The translations under genes and the position numbers were made by a program. 29,863 nt of DNA from Candidatus Saccharimonadota bacterium (GTDB taxonomy: Bacteria; Patescibacteriota; Saccharimonadia; Saccharimonadales; UBA4665), in NCBI GenBank assembly GCA_029288335.1, contig JARIHJ010000053.1, positions 1-29,863 on the forward strand. The letters are read 5' to 3'. The notes below the pieces were generated by a model. It ran no database searches and had not been told where the DNA came from. It saw nothing but the letters and a program-made list of their open reading frames with translations. The stretch's first letter is position 1; each line of letters starts with the position of its first letter. Below are positions 1 to 9,757 of the stretch, piece by piece.

Positions 1-368
1 GACTGTGACAGGGTAGAGATGGATGTCAGCTGTGATAGGTCTAAGCCCGTTGGCTCGATACAGCCGGTCCCACCGGCAACCGGCTCGGCTGTGGTGCAGT
101 ACTGGAAGCTAATTGAACCTAGCGAGTAAGTGTCACCAATAGTAAAAGTAAAGGCATGTTTAACTATGTAGTTAGCGTTTCCAGCCGTGCCGCTACCTGG
201 TGCTGAACCGCCGACAGCGTCGGCTATGAGCGTAAGGCTTCTGTGACCAGCGAATTCTGAAGCCAGCGCATGTGCAGTAAGGGGAGGCATTGCCTCAACC
301 GCCACGCCAACTATTAATAACAATGCGCCCAACAGGCTAGTAAGTCTTTTTATATTTACTCTTTTCAT
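1..368 (-). CDS. Secreted surface protein, 5' part only (runs off the left edge)
   Basis: Not in the ORF track; translated by hand from ATG at 368: MKRVNIKRLTSLLGALLLIVGVAVEAMPPLTAHALASEFAGHRSLTL...HAFTFTIGDTYSLGSISFQYCTTAEPVAGGTGCIEPTGLDLSQ. Open to base 1, with a Sec-type signal peptide and a strong promoter upstream. Confidence 0.85.
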   Translation of the reverse strand, partial: MKRVNIKRLTSLLGALLLIVGVAVEAMPPLTAHALASEFAGHRSLTLIADAVGGSAPGSGTAGNANYIVKHAFTFTIGDTYSLGSISFQYCTTAEPVAGGTGCIEPTGLDLSQLTSISTLSQ

Positions 369-413
369 TTTTTATTTTTAGTTTTTACTGTTTATTTTTA
401 CAGCTTCAACAGG

Positions 414-443
414 AGTGTAGCACAAGCGTTTTGACAATGTCAA
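414..443 (-). promoter_or_regulatory. Near-consensus sigma70 promoter for the 1..368 gene
   Basis: Minus strand: TTGACA (443-438), 18-nt spacer, TG-c-TACACT extended -10 (422-414). Confidence 0.7.
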
Positions 444-514
444 CACTTTTCTAGCAAATCTTTATTAATGGGTAAAACTAGCCTTTAAATCAGAAATCAG
501 GATAGCAACGCAAA

Positions 515-1813
515 TTAGTAAGTAGCAGTGCAGATTATATATTGGCCACCTGTGTATTGGCCGCCCGGAGTTAGGCTGGAAACGTCAGCAATATAGCTGA
601 TAGTGTAGGTAGTTTCACCAGAACTTTTCGGTGCCGTCGCGATAGTTTCGCCGCTAACGTAACGGAATTTGTTGGGCGTGCCGTAATTAGCGCTCGCTGA
701 GCCGACCCCGTTAGGGCCGTAGGCTGGATTAGCACCGAAATTAGTTGGTGATGTGTTGGCGACTAGATTTATGCCAAATTGTTCGGTGCCTGGCGTAGGT
801 GCAGCTGTAGTTGCCATTCCGGGCAAGGTGTGGCCTTGATAGCTCGGTGGATTGCCACCGATTTGGACGGCGTAACCGTAGCTCGTGTAGTCAATGACGC
901 TAAAGCTGGAGGTAGCCGTAGCGGTTGTCGCTGGTCCGAACAGCCCGAACGCAGCATTAGTATTATTGATACTGACGGCCAGTCTGGGGTCCTGGGTGGT
1001 CTGGGAGCCGGCGTTTATTTGAAAGTTACCTGAGCTAGAGTTACCAATGGCACCGTCACCGGTTGATAAGGCTGATTGATAATTGGCCGAGCTAGAGTTC
1101 AGCAATCCGCCGCCGCCTAAGTCAGATTCGATGAGGGAATAGTTAGCCGAATCCATACCACTGTTCAAATCACGCGCTATAGTCAGGTTGGCTAGTGTGT
1201 TGGCCATGCCGTTGCCGCCAATAGTGAGCTTAAAAGTTGTCGACGAGAATCTGAGCGGTACTAGCGCTTCGTTCGTGAAGAAGTTGCTGGCGGTATATTC
1301 ATGGCCTGTTAGGTCGTAAAAGCTACCAGCGGTCGATCCGGATGATGAAGACATAGAATAGGCACCGTTATCATTTATGGAAACGAATTGGTTGCCCTCA
1401 GCGCTAGTAGCACTACCCATTGCAACGCCGACGTAGTAGGTTCCTGGTGCCGGCAAATTGACCTCAAAAGTTGCTGAGCTACCCGCGTTTACGAAGTTGA
1501 TACCGGCCAGACGCGAATCGACACTGGTCGATAGGTTAGCACTAGACGGTGCAGTGCCGGTCCAGCCGAAAGTCGCCCCGCCTCTATTTTGTGGGTAGGC
1601 ATCGCCAACCGAGTAGGTGCAGCCAGCCGGGTCAGTCACGTAGCCGGCGGTTGCTCGAAAGTCAAAGCACATATTATCGTAATTAGAGTAGGCGCTAGCG
1701 CTTCCAGAACTGTCAATAATTATGTAAGCAGCTCCGGTCGCGAGCAGGCTGAATAAAAACAGCCCAGCAACCGCCAGCGCACAACTTCTAATTAGGCTAG
1801 ACCAGTTGACCAT
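515..1813 (-). CDS. Secreted multidomain surface protein (jelly-roll/lectin-like N domain, Ser/Gly-rich linker, WxL-like beta C domain)
   Basis: ORF 515..1819 (TTG); ATG at 1813 is the likelier start. N-terminal hydrophobic signal. FEVNLPAPGTYYVGVAMG resembles carbohydrate-binding beta-sandwiches. The C-terminus YTISYIADVSSLTPGGQYTGGQYIICTATY resembles WxL-like surface domains. Domain calls are by eye. Confidence 0.7.
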   Translation of the reverse strand: MVNWSSLIRSCALAVAGLFLFSLLATGAAYIIIDSSGSASAYSNYDNMCFDFRATAGYVTDPAGCTYSVGDAYPQNRGGATFGWTGTAPSSANLSTSVDSRLAGINFVNAGSSATFEVNLPAPGTYYVGVAMGSATSAEGNQFVSINDNGAYSMSSSSGSTAGSFYDLTGHEYTASNFFTNEALVPLRFSSTTFKLTIGGNGMANTLANLTIARDLNSGMDSANYSLIESDLGGGGLLNSSSANYQSALSTGDGAIGNSSSGNFQINAGSQTTQDPRLAVSINNTNAAFGLFGPATTATATSSFSVIDYTSYGYAVQIGGNPPSYQGHTLPGMATTAAPTPGTEQFGINLVANTSPTNFGANPAYGPNGVGSASANYGTPNKFRYVSGETIATAPKSSGETTYTISYIADVSSLTPGGQYTGGQYIICTATY

Positions 1814-1897
1814 TACCAATTTCTCGCCCTCATTAGCTATATTCTTGTGGAAGCGGCCCGCTTTTGCAACTTACTGGAGGTTAGTAAGCTAAAGCGG

Positions 1898-1903
1898 TAT
1901 AAT
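1898..1903 (+). promoter_or_regulatory. -10 box upstream of the 1933 gene
   Basis: TATAAT ending 29 nt before the ATG; no clear -35. Confidence 0.5.
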
Positions 1904-1932
1904 CTTAATTAAGATTTTGAAAAATAATAAAA

Positions 1933-2967
1933 ATGGCCGAAACCAATAATTCAAAACAACCGCCAGCGCCGGAAGAATTAAAACCGCAAGGCGAGACCGA
2001 AAAAAAACCGGAACCCACTAAAAGCGATAATAAAAAAGATTCTAAACTACCTAAACTCAAACGTCGCGGTAGCTATAGGCCTAGCCATAAAGCAACTTTC
2101 CTAGCTCTGATTGTAGTCATTCTGATACTGCTAGTGAATGGCGGGGTGATCGGCTTCGTGCTAGTAAGGCAGTCAAGTATCAAGCAGAAAGTGGATGACA
2201 GCCCGGTAGCGATTAGCGCTAGCGCACTAGCCAAACTCGGCGTCAACAATACGCCTGTCAACGACAAGGGAATCACATTGACGGTAAATCCCAACGCCCA
2301 GTTTAACGGTAACGTAGCCGTGGCTGGGAGCGCAAGCATCTCCGGCCAGCTGACTTTGAATAATAAATTTAGTGCTACTTCTGCTAGTTTCAACAACTTG
2401 CAGGCGGGAAATACCTCATTATCGCAATTGAATGTTAACGGCGACGGAACTTTATCGAGTCTGAACTTACGCCAAAATCTAGCCGTGGCTGGGGCTACCC
2501 AGATGCAGGGAACAGTGACGATCTCCCAAATGTTGACGGCGGCTAGTGTCGAGGTTACAGGCAATTTGGCGGTTGGCGGTACGATTTCGGTTAATAATGT
2601 GAACGCTCTAAACTTGGCGGTAGACGGCACCTTTACCATTGGTGGACACGTAGTTACCAGTGGTTCGGCACCTGGTGTCAGTGGTGGAACCTGCGGCGGG
2701 GTGACGAATAGCGGCAATGATGCTTCAGGAACTATTTTCGTGCCCGTCGGGGCTGGTGGCTGTAGCGGGACAATTGCTACTCTTTATTTCAGAAACTCTT
2801 ATGGCAACATCCCGCATGTGGTTATTAGTCCTGTAAATGTAGGTTCGGGGGTACCGGCTGGTACGACTTTTTACATTAGTAGCGTGAGTGCTAGCGGCTT
2901 TAGCGTCGGTGTTAGTGGAACGTTGACGCATGGTGGTTATGACATCGACTACATAGTCGAGCAGTAG
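1933..2967 (+). CDS. Membrane-anchored fibre-like surface protein
   Basis: Charged disordered N-terminus, one TM helix (FLALIVVILILLVNGGVIGFVLV), repeated G-N-L-x-V-x-G beta motifs, and a compact C-terminal beta domain (LYFRNSYGNIPHVVISP...SASGFSV). Confidence 0.75.
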   Translation: MAETNNSKQPPAPEELKPQGETEKKPEPTKSDNKKDSKLPKLKRRGSYRPSHKATFLALIVVILILLVNGGVIGFVLVRQSSIKQKVDDSPVAISASALAKLGVNNTPVNDKGITLTVNPNAQFNGNVAVAGSASISGQLTLNNKFSATSASFNNLQAGNTSLSQLNVNGDGTLSSLNLRQNLAVAGATQMQGTVTISQMLTAASVEVTGNLAVGGTISVNNVNALNLAVDGTFTIGGHVVTSGSAPGVSGGTCGGVTNSGNDASGTIFVPVGAGGCSGTIATLYFRNSYGNIPHVVISPVNVGSGVPAGTTFYISSVSASGFSVGVSGTLTHGGYDIDYIVEQ

Positions 2968-2996
2968 CGGCACTAACCAGTTAGCACCTAGAGGAT

Positions 2997-5537
<2,541 letters not shown>

Positions 5538-5541
<4 letters not shown>

Positions 5542-5627
5542 TTGGCTCCCCTTGAGACAAAACTACGTTTTTTCTCAACGCGCGGCGCAAAAATGTGCGA
5601 ATTTTTGCTCCGGTTGCTCTTTTTCAT
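5538..5627 (-). CDS. Possible 29-aa basic small protein between alpha and gamma
   Basis: Hand translation MKKSNRSKNSHIFAPRVEKKRSFVSRGAK*. Starts 11 nt after the alpha stop, and its TGA overlaps the gamma ATG (ATGA). Confidence 0.35.
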
Positions 5628-5638
5628 TGAAAGAAAAA

Positions 5639-7126
5639 TCATTTGGCTGCCTCCACTTGTGACTCTGGCTGTTTAGCTTCTTTTTTGTCTGCTTTTGGTT
5701 TGTCACTTTCTACCGCGGTCGAGTGTTTTTTCAGTAATTCGGCTTCTAATCGGTCTAGATCCTTATCTTCCTTGACTTCGTGGGCTACTTTTTTAACTGA
5801 TTCTTTTAGGCCCGGTACGTCGATTTGAACTTTACCGCCACCAAGAATGACTGTCTCTAGCATCAGCTGTTGTTCGGCTAGCGAGTGTAGTTCTTCTGGT
5901 GGCTGCTGCAAAACGGCGAAAATTTGCTTGCCGAGCTCTAGATCAATAGCTGCTTCCTTGGATAAGCTAGAGCCGAAGTGCGAGAATTCCTCGGCCTGCT
6001 TATATCTAGCCAATTTTTTATTCAGCTCACTCGAGAGCTGCTTGGCGCGGGTAGTTTGCGAATCACCACCGACGCGCGAGACAGATAAGCCGGCGTTGAC
6101 CGCCGGTCGACGACCCTGGCGGAAAACGTTCAGATCCAGTACGATCTGGCCGTCGGTAATCGACATAATACTGGTCGATAGGTAGGCAGTAATGTCGTCG
6201 TTTGGCGTTAGCACAACAGGGAGAGCAGTTAAGGTTTTACCAGTTTTCAGCAATCTACCGGCGCGTTCTAATAAACTCGAGTGGGCGTAGAAAATGTCAC
6301 CAGGGTAGCTATCACGGCCAGGATCGACTTCTTGTAAAAGTGAAAGCTGGCGGTAGGCTTCAGCGTGAGAAGTAAGGTCATCATAGATAACAACGACGTC
6401 CTGGCCCGAATACCAAAGTTGTTCAGCCATTGCGCAGCCAGCGTAGGGCGCCAGGTAGCTTTGGGTTAGCGAATCAAAGATGTCGGCCATTACAACGATA
6501 GTGTGGTCCATCGCGCCAGATGTCTGCAGCTCGTTTAAAAGCAGTTCAATATCGACCTTGCGCTTACCAACCATCACATAGACGACGATACGGTCGGTGC
6601 CTTGCTGGTTAGCCGACAGCTGGCTCAAATAAGTACTTTTACCGGATTTAGAATCCCCCAGAATGGCGATACGCTGACCGAGAACTATTGGGAAGAAGCT
6701 ATCAACGGCTGTGACGCCGCTAACCAGCTGGGTTTCGAGGCGCTTTCTGGCCATAATGCCCGGCGCTGGGTTGAAAGCTGGCAGGGTTTCCGTAGCTCCA
6801 AGCGCACCTTTGCCATCAAGTGGTTCACCCATTGGCGTGATTACACGGCCGACTAGTTTTTTGCCGACCGGTATGCTCAAAATATCGTTTTCGACAACTG
6901 CCAGCGTGCCGGTCGCGAGGTGCTCGGAGTCGATGTTGAAGAGGACGACGTGGTCGCCGCTAGCTTCACGAACTAGTCCGCGCTGGCCATCGGAGAACAG
7001 GACTTGCGCTCCTAGCCGCACACCCTCTAGTCCTTTAACCTCTACGATGAAACTATTGGTGGCGACGACTTCGCCGGTCAGGTTGTCGGCCTCGACTAGC
7101 TTCTGGAACCTAGGATTATCGAACAT
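5639..7126 (-). CDS. atpA: F-type ATPase alpha subunit (divergent)
   Basis: LGQRIAILGDSKSGKS P-loop, YDDLTSHAEAYRQLSLL, PGRDSYPGDIFYAHSSLLERA, SITDGQI, and GLSVSRVGG (arginine finger). Confidence 0.96.
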   Translation of the reverse strand: MFDNPRFQKLVEADNLTGEVVATNSFIVEVKGLEGVRLGAQVLFSDGQRGLVREASGDHVVLFNIDSEHLATGTLAVVENDILSIPVGKKLVGRVITPMGEPLDGKGALGATETLPAFNPAPGIMARKRLETQLVSGVTAVDSFFPIVLGQRIAILGDSKSGKSTYLSQLSANQQGTDRIVVYVMVGKRKVDIELLLNELQTSGAMDHTIVVMADIFDSLTQSYLAPYAGCAMAEQLWYSGQDVVVIYDDLTSHAEAYRQLSLLQEVDPGRDSYPGDIFYAHSSLLERAGRLLKTGKTLTALPVVLTPNDDITAYLSTSIMSITDGQIVLDLNVFRQGRRPAVNAGLSVSRVGGDSQTTRAKQLSSELNKKLARYKQAEEFSHFGSSLSKEAAIDLELGKQIFAVLQQPPEELHSLAEQQLMLETVILGGGKVQIDVPGLKESVKKVAHEVKEDKDLDRLEAELLKKHSTAVESDKPKADKKEAKQPESQVEAAK

Positions 7127-7604
7127 TCGCTAGTACCTCGGCGAATTTTCTCCGGTTATCTAGTAATTGCCGGCGGAATGACCAGTCAAAAACATGGCTG
7201 CCACAGCGCAAGACCATACCGCCGAGCAGAGTAGAATTAAATTCGAAGTTAACCAATATATTGTCGTCAATATTTTTGCGGCACCAATTAGTTAGGTCTT
7301 GCTTTAATTTGGGGCCGGCCGGTGCCGCTAGTGTGATAGTTGCGCTGGGCGCTGAATCTTTTAAGTTTTCTAGGGCGCCGGCTAGTTTGTCCAAGCTAGA
7401 ACTGGACAACGGATTTCTCATTAACCAATCGTGTAATGTTTCGCTGGCACCGGGTGATAGTTCTGGAGCAGGGCTGCGTTTTCTAACTTTAAGGCGCTTT
7501 TTAATGTCATTATGAGCTAGCCAGCTAGCGTAGTTACGAACTTCGAGGGCAAGCGCTTGAATGTCTTGCCTGGAATTGACCTCTGAGGGCAACTCAAGCG
7601 CCAT
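7116..7604 (-). CDS. atpH: F-type ATPase delta-like subunit
   Basis: C-terminal ATITLAAP...NSTLLGGMVLRCGSHVFDWSFRRQL matches the delta/OSCP C-domain (DPxLIGGxxIxxGxxVxDxS). Immediately upstream of alpha, with overlap. Confidence 0.88.
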   Translation of the reverse strand: MALELPSEVNSRQDIQALALEVRNYASWLAHNDIKKRLKVRKRSPAPELSPGASETLHDWLMRNPLSSSSLDKLAGALENLKDSAPSATITLAAPAGPKLKQDLTNWCRKNIDDNILVNFEFNSTLLGGMVLRCGSHVFDWSFRRQLLDNRRKFAEVLANVR

Positions 7605-8202
7605 CCTTCACTCCGTCGATAATTTCGGCTTTGTGTTCGTCGAGCTGGGCTAGCAAATACTTGCTTTGTGCGCCTAAATCCGCATCGTGACCCAGCGTCT
7701 CTAATAAGAACGACATCACAGCATCGGAAATTTTGCTATCGAGCTGCTCCAGTCGGTGCTGCTTTTCTTCGGCGACTTCTTGCTCCATTTTGGCTTTTAG
7801 GGCGACTTGGTGCTCGCTCAGCTCAGTTTCAGCCGATTTGCCAGCGTTTTCGGCGCGCTGGCGTATCCTATCGAGCTCCTCGTGGTAGCGTGCCATCTCT
7901 TTGCCGATGATGTCTTGACTCAACTTTTCGAGCTGGGCGGTTAGCCTAGTCTCGCTAGCTTTTAGATCGGTTTGTAGTTGTGTTGACGAGCGCTCGATCA
8001 CCGCCTGAAAGTTGGTGAGCGCCTTCTCCTGCATTTGCTTCACGATTTCCGGGTCGAGATGGCCGTTTTGTGGCCTGGGCCGCTGCTCGGCATCGTGCCT
8101 TTCCGGTTTAAAATGGGCTAGGCCGTGCCGCCAGGCTAGGGTAGCGACCGCTCCGATGATTAGCGCGTCAACGATCAGGAATATTTCTAAAAATAAATTC
8201 AT
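7594..8202 (-). CDS. atpF: F-type ATPase b-like peripheral stalk subunit
   Basis: Single N-terminal TM, long Glu/Lys/Gln/Ala coiled coil, and a b-like C-terminus (ISDAVMSFLLETLGHDADLGAQSKYLL). In the atpF position. Confidence 0.7.
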   Translation of the reverse strand: MNLFLEIFLIVDALIIGAVATLAWRHGLAHFKPERHDAEQRPRPQNGHLDPEIVKQMQEKALTNFQAVIERSSTQLQTDLKASETRLTAQLEKLSQDIIGKEMARYHEELDRIRQRAENAGKSAETELSEHQVALKAKMEQEVAEEKQHRLEQLDSKISDAVMSFLLETLGHDADLGAQSKYLLAQLDEHKAEIIDGVKDGA

Positions 8203-9023
8203 AGCCTAGTTAGGATTAGGTAAATTACAGCGATAGCCACGGCAATGATGCCGACGACCAGCGCAGACATTTGGACCATATCACGGTAGATTGCCGATTG
8301 GCTCATTGGGTTGCGGCCGACTGAAATAATGCTCGAGCGGATCATCGAGTAGACTATGCTGCTGACGACTATTATCATAATCAGAAAGATTACTGTACTG
8401 ACGATAATCGGTAGAGCGTTGACCTTTTTGCCGGCCAGGGAATTCGCGACGTTTTGCAGGGCGCTAGGGATAATGGTTTTATCGGGTTGTCTATAGAAAT
8501 AGGAGACATTGACATCGATGGGCACGGTACCGATATTAGCTGAGCCGGTGGTGCCGTTTTTGGTTTTGTAAGTCTGTTTAGTTCCACTTAAGTTCGACTG
8601 GCTAACACCGATGATTTTAACGTTCTGGGTGGCAAGCATCCCGACACCGGGAATTGGTGAAGCGGTGATTGGGCTGCCAGCCGTAACTGGGCCGTTGATG
8701 TCCGAGACCAGCACTTGCTGGACACCGTTTGTTGCGACTTGCACTTGGCTGGTTTGGCCGCTGCTAACTGACAACAGAGAATTGTCGCTAGCGATAACAA
8801 CACCGTATAGATTGCTGACGTTGTCGGTATTAGCGGCTTCAACGGCGTCAGAGGAATTCTTATCCAGACTGACTAGTGAACCGGGCGTTAAGTTGCTACT
8901 GCCGGAAAAACTTTGCGACAGGGTGGTTACGGCATACGCTGCGGCCGGCAGAGAAAGAATACCCAATGCTATGACCAAAAATATTTTTGATTTCACTAAA
9001 AAGATTTTCATTTTATAGTCCAC
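8199..9023 (-). CDS. Secreted beta-domain fused to a c-subunit-like helical hairpin (RNP loop, no carboxylate)
   Basis: Signal peptide (alternative ATG at 9011), about 175-aa extracytoplasmic beta-rich region, then TM1-SIISVGRNP-TM2 at the C-terminus. First gene of the operon, in the atpE slot, with a 4-nt overlap with the b-like gene. Confidence 0.7.
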   Translation of the reverse strand: MDYKMKIFLVKSKIFLVIALGILSLPAAAYAVTTLSQSFSGSSNLTPGSLVSLDKNSSDAVEAANTDNVSNLYGVVIASDNSLLSVSSGQTSQVQVATNGVQQVLVSDINGPVTAGSPITASPIPGVGMLATQNVKIIGVSQSNLSGTKQTYKTKNGTTGSANIGTVPIDVNVSYFYRQPDKTIIPSALQNVANSLAGKKVNALPIIVSTVIFLIMIIVVSSIVYSMIRSSIISVGRNPMSQSAIYRDMVQMSALVVGIIAVAIAVIYLILTRL

Positions 9024-9051
9024 TTAAGACCCTATTTCACTTATGCTTTAG

Positions 9052-9060
9052 AGTATAGCA
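9052..9060 (-). promoter_or_regulatory. Extended -10 promoter of the F-type operon
   Basis: TG-c-TATACT on the minus strand, about 30-40 nt upstream of the first gene. Confidence 0.6.
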
Positions 9061-9075
9061 GAAGTGGTGTATCGG

Positions 9076-9103
9076 TTGCGAAAAAGCTTGTGTTTGTTAT
9101 AAT
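9076..9103 (+). promoter_or_regulatory. Promoter of the pilus-side operon
   Basis: TTGCGA (9076-9081), 16-nt spacer, TG-t-TATAAT (9095-9103). Confidence 0.65.
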
Positions 9104-9154
9104 TCGAGTTAAGTAAAATTCGAAAGTAGATAAACACTAATCAAATCGTCGAAA

Positions 9155-9757
9155 ATGAGCGGGCAAGACAAACAACATCCTGAAGTAGTTGTCGGCAGCG
9201 GCGACCATCCGCATTCTTGGCGTAAGCCCTACTATCTGGTCGGCGGGGGCATAATCGTCCTCCTAATAATCGCTCTTGTGATCGTCAGCTTGTTGGCGAT
9301 GTCCAGTAAAAGCCCAACCACGCACCAGAACACACAACCAGTAACAGTTTGTAGCACTCCGTTAATCACACAGGCCAGTCAGGATTTGGCGGTTAACGAC
9401 ATTACTGCTACCGCTGGGATAGACCAGCAGGTTACGGCTATGAAAGGTTATAAACAAGACCCGAACTGCGTCTACATTGCGCTCAGATACGCGATTATGA
9501 CCGGGAACGATAGTGCCAGTAAGCAATATTACAACCAGCTGCTGACGCTTAAGCAGCAGAACGGCGGGAAGTTCGACTTCAGCTCAGCCTTTGGTGGGCA
9601 AATGATGAGCCTGCCTAGCCTATTAGCCGCTATAAAAGCTAACGAAGCCAACCAATCGGCTCAGGAACAGATGAGCACAGGGGCTAACGGCGATTTGCAA
9701 AAAGTTGACCAGATGTATAAGGCGGCCCCTCCTAGCGGGAGTAATAATAACCAATGA
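9155..9757 (+). CDS. Single-pass membrane protein with helical extracytoplasmic domain, unknown function
   Basis: TM YYLVGGGIIVLLIIALVIVSLLAM; ATGA overlap with the next gene. Confidence 0.75.
   Translation: MSGQDKQHPEVVVGSGDHPHSWRKPYYLVGGGIIVLLIIALVIVSLLAMSSKSPTTHQNTQPVTVCSTPLITQASQDLAVNDITATAGIDQQVTAMKGYKQDPNCVYIALRYAIMTGNDSASKQYYNQLLTLKQQNGGKFDFSSAFGGQMMSLPSLLAAIKANEANQSAQEQMSTGANGDLQKVDQMYKAAPPSGSNNNQ

Noticed and set aside
5639-7126. Flagellar/T3SS export ATPase (FliI/SctN)
   Set aside because: Distinct alpha and beta paralogues plus gamma, delta and epsilon are present, and there are no export-gate genes.
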